A DNA stretch of 33,444 bases, taken from Callorhinchus milii (Eukaryota). The notes below the pieces were generated by a model. It worked only from the letters and a program-made list of their open reading frames with translations. It was not told the DNA's origin and did not search any database. The position numbers and the translations under genes were made by a program. Below, piece by piece: positions 12,501 through 22,712 of the stretch (the first letter of the stretch is position 1; each line of letters begins with the position of its first letter). The stretch spans positions 1-33,444 of the forward strand of contig NW_024705581.1 in assembly GCF_018977255.1 (NCBI RefSeq), read 5' to 3'.

Positions 12501-15500
12501 GTGACTGGTCGGCCCTTCCAGGTCCTGCCGATGAGCCGGGCCGGGCTGCCATCAGCAGTGAGTGCCCTGGAACACTGAGCTAAGCCTCGCCAACCCTTAC
12601 CAGGTTGGTGTGTTCCTCGGAGGGCATTGTTTTCCTCCACGAGACGGTTCATGATGATCTTCCAATTCGCGTCGATGACGTCAAAATCGCTGGACTCCTT
12701 GGGTAGCTGAGTTCGGATGTCCTCCCCGTGGAATATGTTCTGCATCAAAACACAAAGCACTTTACAGCGTGTCCTTTGAAGCGCTTTGAGACGTCTCGAA
12801 GACGTGATAAGGCGCTCAAATGCGAGGATTATTATTATTATTATTATTACGCCCCATGGAGCGGGTGCATTACACGCTCGATCTTGCCTTTGGTCATCTC
12901 CTCCCGCGCGCCCCCCCCACCCCCAACTTGGCGTCGTGTTCCGCCACTGCCAAAGGCACTGGGACGCTGCCCTATGTAGGGGGGGGGTTGCGCTGTGTAA
13001 ATGTTAGTTGTTGTTGTTGTGGTGGTGGTGGTGCCCGACACGAGATAGTCACCTCAAGGTACAGCCACTGCCTCTGCACTGTCAGAATAATCTCCACGGC
13101 CTCCATTATGCGAGAGAGACAGCGCTCCCAGTAATCCACCTGCTTCTCAAAGGACTTGACGTAAGGGGAGGCTTTCATGGTGGAGAGAGAAACCTGGTTG
13201 TCTTCCAGACCCTGGAATATTTCCTCTGTGCCTCTGGAGAGAGATCAAATGCGTTAATAATAATAATAATATTAGTAATAATAATCCTCACATTTGACAC
13301 AGCGCCCTATCGCGTCTTCGAGACGTCTCAAAGCGCTTCACGGGATACACCGTAAAGTGAAAGAGACTGTGTGTTTTGTGGGCACAATGCAGATTTTTTT
13401 TAAAAAGCTCAGTGAAGCATTCATTCTCCTACACACGCTCAAATGCAGGCACACACACTCGCTCATGCACACTAGCACACACACGTACACACGCTCACAC
13501 ACATGCACGCGCACACGGACATGCAAGGATGAAGTGTTACACTTGGACAGTGTTGGAGTTGGAGAGCAGTATACTGGGCACACACTGACCTGAGTCTATA
13601 ATGGCCTTTATCCTTGTACGGTACCAAGTCTAAAGTGATACCAGTCCAGGTTCTCTCTATAGCTTGTAAACCCTGTTTAGGGAGGAGAGAGCAGACACAT
13701 TATTATTATAATAATAATCCTTGCATTTGATATAGCGCCTTATCATGTCTTCGAGAGGGGACGGAGAGGGGGAAGAAGAGGGGGAGGAGAGAGAGAGGAG
13801 AGGAGAGGGGGGAAGGAGAGGGGTGGGCTGGAGGAGAGAGGGACGGAGCATTGGGGAGGGGGAGGGAGGAGGGGCGTGAGGCCTGGAGGAGTGAGAGGGA
13901 GTAGCCTGGGTACCTGTTCGATGGCGTATTCTTTGGTGGCGGCTGAGGAGATGCTGCAGATCTCTTCCGTGTGCTGCTCTAATCCCAGGTCTATGATCTT
14001 CTCCAGAGTAAAGTCCTTATTGTCCTGGTCAAACTGCCTCTGCACCTCCTCTTTTATCATGTTCCAGTGTCTGGGGGAGAGAGAGAGACAGGGTTGGGGT
14101 AGAGAGGGGGGGGAGGGGAGAGACGGAGAGGGGGAGAGAAAGAGAGAGTGGGGGAGAGGGAGAGAGAGATGGTGAAAGAGACATGGTGAGAAAAAGAGGG
14201 GGAGGGGAGAGGGGGTAAGAGAGGTGGGGAGAAAGGGAGAGAGGGGTGAGAGGGGGTGAGAGGGGGAAAGAGTGAGAGACGGGGAGAAAGAGGGGGGGAG
14301 AGAGAGACAGGAGTAGAGAGGGAGAGAGGGGGAGAGAGAGAGAGAGAGAGAGAGAGGGAAAGAAATGAGAGAGACAGACAAGAAAGGGAAGGGGGGGAGA
14401 AAGAGAGGGAGGGAGAGGAGAGAGGGAGAGGCATCACCAATTGCGCACAGCAGTGTCCATCCCACAAACAGGCGTGGAATGAGTGACCATTTTTTTTTAA
14501 GGCTTTATTACCCTCAGAAAAAGCGATGGACAAGGGGCAGAGCAGAGCAGGGCAAGGCAGGGCAGGGCAGGGCAGAGCAGGGCAGGGCAGAGCAGGACAG
14601 GGCAAGGCAGGGCAGAGCAGGGTAAGGCAAGGCAGGGCAGAGCAGAGTAAGGCAGAGCAGGGCAGGGCAGAGCAGAGTAAGGCAGAGCAGGGCAAGGCAG
14701 AGTAGGGCAGAGCAGGGCATGGCAGAGCAGGACAGGGTTTCCTAACTTGCCGCTGGGTAAAACTCAATGTAGACATGTCCCTCAACGCGGGGCAGAAAAC
14801 TGCCGACAGCAAATCGCACCGGGTCTTACCTTTCCCTCATAGCCGGGTTCCTCAGGTCGGAGATCAGTGGCATTGTCTTCTGAAACTGGTACACCTTATT
14901 CTTTGAGGTCACAACAACCTCCCACTCTTTATCCTGACGATGCACACAGACAAAACCAAACCCCGTCAGCAGCCCTGCTCGCTTGTGGGTTTTCTCGGTG
15001 GGGGGGGAAACCCATCACGGTGTATCCAGACCAACAACAGCAACTTACACAGCGCCCCCTCACGCAGGGCAGTGTCCCAGAGCGCCTGACAGGGGCGGAG
15101 CACAAAGCCGAGCCAGGGGGAAAGGGGGGGGGCAGGCCACGGTCGAAGAGGAAGGTCTACAGGCACGACTTGAAGATAGGGAAGGAAGGAAAGAAAGGAG
15201 GGGGGGCAAAGCGGAGGGATAGAGCAAGAGTGTTCCAGAATTTCGGGGCGCAGTGGCTGAATGCGCAGCCACCGATGGTGGAACGGAGGGTACGAGGAAC
15301 AAGCAGGAGGCCGGAGCCAGTCGAGCGGAGGCAGCGGGTGGGGGAGTGGGGCGGTGAGCGGGTGGGAGACTTTGGGAGCTGCCAGTGAAGGGAGTTGAAA
15401 ACGAGTGAGAGGATCTTGAAATCGATCCGTTTGATGACAGGGAGCCATTGGAGCCTGGCGAGGGCTGGGGTGATGGGGGTACAGAGCCAAAGCACAAGAG

Positions 15501-16785
15501 CCTCAGAGTTCTGGATGATCTGTGGAGGGAAGAGTTGGGGAGACCGACACGCAGTGGCGGTTGTGTGTTGGGCGAGTGTGGCGTCACGGAGCTTGGGGCA
15601 CACACCTTGACTTCACGGCTGAGTTTGTTCAGCTTCTTGTAGTATCCCTGAGCCATGGATTCCATGGACTGGGTCTCCAGTGAGCTGAACGTCCCATATT
15701 TCCACTTGTTCCAACTTTCCTCCCAGGTTTTTGTGATCTCCCAGATTTGCTGAATGCGTTCCAAATCCTGCAATTAAAGAGACCAGNAAAAATGCTCAGC
15801 ATCGAATCGATCCATCAACGGCAAAACAACTTGGGCTTACGCCCCCTGACCCAGGGAAACATCCTAGAGCGTTTGACAGTGGGGGATCAGGGGATGCTGA
15901 GCCAGGGGGGAGGGGGCGGCGACCATACGCACGGTCGAAGAGGAAGGTCTTCAGGCGGGAACTGAAGATGAGGAAGGGTGGGGCAAGGCACAGGGATTGG
16001 GGGAAGAGAGGAGCAAGAGTTTCGGGGCTTAGTGGCTGAAAGCGCGACCACCAATGGTGGAACGGAGGGCACGAGGGATTGGGTTGATGGGGTGGAGAAC
16101 GGAGTTGAGTGTGTGTGAGCTAGGGAGCCAGTGGAGCTTGGCGAGGGCTGGCATGATGGGCGGACAGAGTGTAGTGTGTTTGAGTACACTAACGCTGGCT
16201 CTGCCCTGCCCTCCTCTGGCCTGCCCTGTTCTGCCCCTCACCTTGTCCAGTGCTTGCAGGTCCTTGGATTGAGGATGGTCAATCTTGAATATGTTCAGCC
16301 CCGAGCGGATGACATTCTCCTCGTTGGTGAGGATGTTGAGCTGCACCCGGAACTCAGCGATCAGCAGGAGAGCGTTCTCGGCACCTACTGCGCTCTTGAA
16401 GGGTCCTGAGGGAGGCAAGGCGAGAACGAGATCATCGAGCCCCCTCGTGGGAAGGTGAACCCATGAATAAACCCCCACCTCTGCACTTCCTCAGTCCCAG
16501 TCGCTCGGCGGTTTGAGCCCTCGCCTCGCAAGCGAGAGGACCCGGGTTCAATTGCCGGGCGGGTCAGGTCAGGGGAAAACCTTGGGCAAGTAACCCCTTC
16601 AAATAAAAACTAATCAGAATAATTTGACCACTCAATCCACAGCCGTTTGTAGGACGCTGCGGTGTGCAATTGGCTGCCACGTTTCGCCCACAACAAACAC
16701 AAAAGTCACTCCACTTTACAGCATGTTCTGTGAAGCACTTTGAGACGTCTAAACCATGTAATACGGAGTTATGTCAAATACAAGG

Positions 16786-16817
<32 letters not shown>

Positions 16818-18252
16818 GTGACTTCACCAGTCAGTAGCCAATCTGCCCTCAGTCTCCGGATCTCACACATACACGATCAGTTCCCTTCCCCGTCTTAGGC
16901 CTCGTCTCATCTTCCAACGTAAAAAGGGGCCGCTATACTATATCTGTGAATTTGTATTTATTTTGCGTAACCCATGGCTTCGCTTGTCCCTAACTCTGTG
17001 ACCTCCTAACCTCCTGCCAACCTGCCCGCTCCCTCCGCTCAGTGGGCTCTGGCCTGCTTCACGTCCTCCGCCTCACCCATCCACCACTAGTGGGCAGGCC
17101 TTCAGCTTCTCTGCCGCCATCCTACGGAACTCCATCCCACAGTCCCTCCGCCTCGCTCACCCCCTCCCTTGCCTCCTTTACGGTCCATCTCAAGACCTTC
17201 CTCTTCGACTAACAGCGTCTTCAGTCACCCTCCAACCCCCCCCACATTCCCTGCCCCTCCATCCCCTCCTGATCTCAACCACCAGCTCGGGTACGGATTC
17301 CTGACTGTCCAGCGCCTCGGGACATCCTCCGGACGTGAAAGGCGCTGTGTCAATGTCATTTGTTGTTGTTGTAACACAGCGTTTTGGGATCGACAGAATT
17401 GGATCAACGAGATGCGATCTAAAATGGCCCCAATGTTGACCGGCGGCCATGTTGGATTGCACCGTCTCTGACCCCGATCCCGACTCCACTGATTGTCCAG
17501 CGTCTTGCCCAGCGCGAAAGGCGCTTATACAAATGTAATTTGGGTTTGTTTGACCTCTGGAGTTGAAATCCTCCAGTGCAGCGTTGGTTTTCTTCTTGAA
17601 CTCCTCGGCGGAGTGGATCAAGCCGCTCTTGAACCTCTCCTTCTGCCTCTTCAGCATGGCCTCGCTGTCGATGACGGTCTGCTGGAAGATCACCCACTCC
17701 CCGTTCAGCGATTCCAACCGCAGTTGGACCTAGCAGAGGACAGAAGGGCCAAGGTCAATGGTGAGGGAAGCGCATTTACAGCCTGAAACGGAGGATAGGG
17801 TAAGCGGGGTCTGAACTGGCTCCCAGGTGACCAGCCTGGCAATGGAATGTCGGAATCGCGTCAGCCCTCTGTGACGGTCTCTATTCCCAGTTCCTGAGCC
17901 AGGAGGGACCGCAGTATTCCAGGCCACTCACGGCTGATGGCAGCCCAGCCTGGCTCATCGGCAAGGCCTGGAATGGCCGATCAGTCAGCGGGGGCAGGGA
18001 ATCCGCCCCCTCAGCTGCTGTTAACCCTGTAGCCAAAGCCCTAACTAACTGGGGAGGGTGGTCCGAGCTGGACAAGCAGCGGGAAAGCTTGGCCAGACAG
18101 AGCTCTCAATGGGCAAGCTATGTGTGGTTTTAGCTGGTTAGACTCCAGCAGTTACCCACAACTCACACTCTGGACTCTCCCCAAGCCTTGGCTCTTGCCA
18201 ACCTGTGCCTAATACTCTCCGGATTTGGTTAAGTAGGGTACATCCCTCCAGG

Positions 18253-18288
<36 letters not shown>

Positions 18289-21200
18289 TATTCCAACAAT
18301 CTATCTTTGGGGTTTCCATATGTTGGTGAGATGTGGGGAATTCTCAGTTGGGTTTGGAGACTCTTAAGCAACGGTGAAGGGTTTCTGTGTGTGTCAGACA
18401 CCCGGCTGGGCCAAAAAAAAGGAAATTGTTCCGAGCTCTGAGGATGCGGCTGGGGACTGTGAACACTCACGTCTTCCTTTATGAGGACCTCGTACTTGGC
18501 GAGGATGGCAAATTGCTCGTGGATGGGAGGGATGAGGCTCTGGAGCCTGGGCAGGTCGTTCTGAATGTCCTCCAGCAGCTGCAAGCTGTCTGTCAGTTCC
18601 ACCAGCACCTGTGGGATCCGCTGCAGTCTGCAGGGCGAGGTTAGGGAGAGAGGGAGGGGGAGAGAGAGAGAGGTTAGCGAACATTCAGGGCGACTTTAGG
18701 CATTGGAGGCATGGTTGGTCGAAGAGGAGGCTCTTGAGAAGGGCCTTGAAGGAGGTGAGGGTGGAGGGACTGCGGGATGGACTTCCAGAGGGTGGGGGCA
18801 GAAATGCTGAAGGCCCAACCGCCGATGGTGGGGCGGGCTGGGCAGGGCGCATGGAGCAGGCCGGAGCCCGCTGAGCGGAGGGAGCAGACACACCCCTGAA
18901 GACCCTTCCTCTTTGACCGCGCCTCAGGTCACCTCCTCTCTCTCTACCCCACCGCCTCCCCCCGCCCCCCACCACCACCCAGGCTCCACCACTGTCGAGC
19001 AGCCCACGACGTGTGTAAACTGCCTGGCACCTCCCTCCCTATCTCTCCGACCTCCTCACTCCCCAATCCACCACCCAGCGCCTCCGCTCGACTGGCACCG
19101 GCCTCCTGCTCGTCCCTCGCGCCCTCCGCTCCACCATTCGAGGTGGGGCTTTCAGCCACTAAGCCCCGAAACTCTGGAATGCTCTCCCTGAATCCTTCCG
19201 CCTTGGCCCCTCTCTCCCCGCCTTCCTTCTCGACTGTGCTTATGGTCACCTCCCAAGCGCCCCCCTCCACCACCGCCACCCCTCCACCCGGCTCGGAGTC
19301 AGGCTCCGCCACTGTCAAGCGCTTCGAGACGGAGAGCACAAGTTGTTGTTGGGGGTGGGGGGTGGGGGGGTTGGGGGAAACGGCCGGGGAAGGTTGTCTC
19401 ACTGCTCTCCGTTCTTCTTGAGGAAGTTGTGGAGCTCGAGGAGCTGGGAGCTGGCCATCTCGTTCAGCAGGGTGGTGAACTTGTTCTGCCACTCGTCGCA
19501 GTGCTGGACCAGGGAGAACTTGAGCGGGGAGCAGTCGAGCAGCACAAACTGCACCTGGATCACCGTCTCCTCCTTCTGCACGTTGTTGGCCACCTCGGTG
19601 TACCTGGAGCAACGAGGGCGGAGAATTACTGGAGCCCCGGAAAGCGGAGTGGGTAGCGGGCGAGAGGGAATCCATTCAACCGCGCGCTAGATGTTGAACC
19701 ACAACAAATTAGGTACTCACGTCGGGAGGACGTCTCAAAGCGCTTCACGGGATACGCTGTAAATTGTAGTGACTGTGTATTGTGGGCAAAACGCTAGCGG
19801 CCAATTGCGCCCGGCGAAGTCCCCACAAACACTCGTGGGTTGAGTGACCAAATAATAATTTTTTTGAAGGGATTATTATCCCCGGAAAGAGATCCGCTAA
19901 TCGACTAACAAGTGGGTTCCTACTTACCACTGGGTAAACAGAGGTGTGTGTGTGTGAGGAGTAAGGAAACTTGCCCGATGTTTCGCCCTGACCTGACCTG
20001 ACCTGCCCGGGAATCGAACCCAGATCCTCTCGCTTGCGAGGCGAGGGGTCTAACCCCTGAGCTATATGGGGGACTCCGCAAGGGAAGCTCTTACCGTGCG
20101 ATATCAGCATCGAAGGAGGAAACGGCCGGTTTCAGCCTCTGGTAGCGCCGGATAAAGGAATCCTTGTTGATTTCCCAGATCTCTCGGTAAGTGTCCCAGG
20201 TCTTGAGGTAGGTCTGAAGGTGAGCTGCGTTGTTAGTCATCCCACTGCTGATCTGGTTCTTTATCTTTTTCACCTCATCGTCAGCCTCTGCCAACAACAA
20301 CAACTTGCATTTACACAGCACCCCCGCTCACGCAGTTTAGCGCCCCAGAGCCCTCGATCGTGACCGGAGCCGGTGGGGGGGTGGGTGGAGGGAAGGAGAG
20401 AGGAGGTGACCGTAGGCATGGTCGAAGAGGGAGGTCTTCAGGCACCATCTAAAGGAGGGGCAGGTGGGGGCAAGGCGAAAGGGGGAGATGGAGGAAGAGT
20501 GTTCCAGTGTAGTGACTGCAGACTTTGCGGCGAAAGGCGGAAGCCAATTGTGCACAGCAGCGTCCCCACAAGCAGTCGTCGATTGAGTGACCGATTTATT
20601 ATTTTTTTTGATGGGATTATTGCCCCCGGAAAAGCGATCCACCAATCAACTAACAATCGGGTTTCCACTCACTGCTGGATAAACAGAGGCGTGTGTGTGT
20701 GTGTGTGTGCGTGGAGTAAGGAATCTTGCCGAAGGTTTTGCCCCGACCTGACCTGCCCCGGGAATTGAACCCGGGTCCTCTCGCTTGCTTTGAGGTGCGG
20801 GGACCTTAGCTGTTCCCCTCTGCTTACCGATGGACTGGTGAATGGGAAGCTGTGTGGATTTCTTGTTTGTCAGTAACTCTGGGATGCGTTTGAAGACGGA
20901 CAGGCTGTTTCTGATCTGAACGCCGATGCTGTTCACCACGCTAGCCAGCACCGACACCGTGGGCGAGAATTCCACCTGCAACCCAAGCAACGACAACAAC
21001 AGACATTTACACAGTGGCTTGCATGTCGGGAGGACATCCCAAGGGGCTGGACAGTCAGGGATCTGCACCTGAGCTGCTGGGTTGGTAGGGGTAGGAGTGT
21101 CGAAGAGAAGGGTCTTGAGACAGGTCTTGAAGGAGGTGAGGGAGGGGGGTTGGCGAGAAAGCCGGAGGGGCTGTGGGATGGAGTTCCAGAGGGTGGGGGC

Positions 21201-22681
21201 AGAGAGGCTCAAGGTGGTGGGTCTGGGGTGGGGGGGACGCGAAGCAGGCAGGAGCCCGCTCAGCGGAGGGAGCGGACAGGTTGGTTAAGGTGTGGGGGGG
21301 GGCTGGTTAAGCAGTGAAAAGGATGGAGATGAAGCCAATGGCAAGTTAGAGGGACGTCTCAAAGAGCTTCACGTTGACTGGCTCGGGTGGCAGGACTTTC
21401 GCCTCAGGCGCGACCTGAAGATGGGGAAGGAGGGAGGGGGGGGTGGGGGCGAGGCGGAGGGAGGGAGTGACAGAGTTTCGGGGCGCGGTGGCTGAAAGCG
21501 CGGCCACCGATGGTGGAGAGTTACCCGCGGGCTCCCAGGAATGTCGTTCACGAGGACCACCATGACTCTGAAGAGAGCGTTGAGGGTGGATTTGGGGTCT
21601 CCATTGATGGCTTTGGACAGCTCCTGCAGTGACCACTTGACGTTGAGCCTGAAGGCTTCTTCCACAAGACAGTCCACTTTCTTACAATAAGCCATCCAGT
21701 GTTGCTGCACCTACAGGGAGTTGAGGTAAAGCTGGTTACACACACACACAAAATCACCCACATCACACCCGCGCACGCGCACACACACCACACCCAAGCT
21801 CACACACACGGGCACTCACACACACACACGCACGCGCTCAATCCACGGCTGTTTGTGGGGACGTCGCTGGGCGCAATTGGCTGCCGCGGTTCGCCCGCAA
21901 AATACACTGTCGCCCTACTTTACAGCGTGTCCCGTGAAACGCTTTGAGGCGTCTCGAAGACGTGATAAAGCAGGCGCCGGGTCAGATATGAGGCTTATTA
22001 TTATTATTATTATTAATACTATGATTAGCTGCTGCTGGAGTGTGAGGCCAAGCGGTGAAGCGAGGGGGGGGAACCTCACCTCGGAGCCGTCGTTCTTGAA
22101 CACCTCGAAGGTTTGCCGCATGATGGACAGGATGTTATCGTGCACGTCCAGCAGCTTCTTCTGCCCGGCGTCCCTGTGCGTCCGCTGCTGCTGCTTGAAC
22201 TCGTGGTCGGTGTAGGTCTTCTTGCCGTCGATGTGGACGAGGAGCAACTCGCTGATCTGCCGCGAGGACTGGGCGATCGTTACGTTGGCTCGTTTGTAGT
22301 CGTCGATGGTCAGTTGAAGCTGTGGGGGGGGGGTGGGTGAGGCCAGCGAGACTTGAGCTTTTTTTGGGGGCGGGCGGTGGGGGCACTAAATCAGCCCACA
22401 GTCACGCGTGCTTCACGGTGAATCAATCGAGCCCCTGTAGCTCGGTGGTTAGAGCGTGCACCTCGCAAGCGAGAGGACCCGGGTTCGATTCCCGGGCGCG
22501 GCGAAAACTTTTGAAGGGAAATGCCAATTGACTAACAGCCGGGTTCCGACTTACTGCTCGGTAAACAGAGGCCCGCGGAGTAAAGAGACTTGCCCAACCT
22601 TTCGCCCTGCCGGGAATCGAACCCGGGCTCTCTCGCTTGCGAGGCGAGCGCTCTAAGCACTGAGCTATAACAAATGCAAGG

Positions 22682-22712
<31 letters not shown>

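Noticed and set aside
15787..15787. Single N here and at 29718
   Set aside because: Probable assembly gap or ambiguity markers. Exon phases and protein continuity hold across both, so no exon appears lost, although those intron lengths are uncertain.
22432..22505. tRNA gene (A/B boxes, CGC anticodon-like loop); similar heads at 4645, 16500, 23930 and 26060
   Set aside because: No intact acceptor stem or poly-T terminator, and the sequence continues into SINE body in other copies. These are SINE heads.
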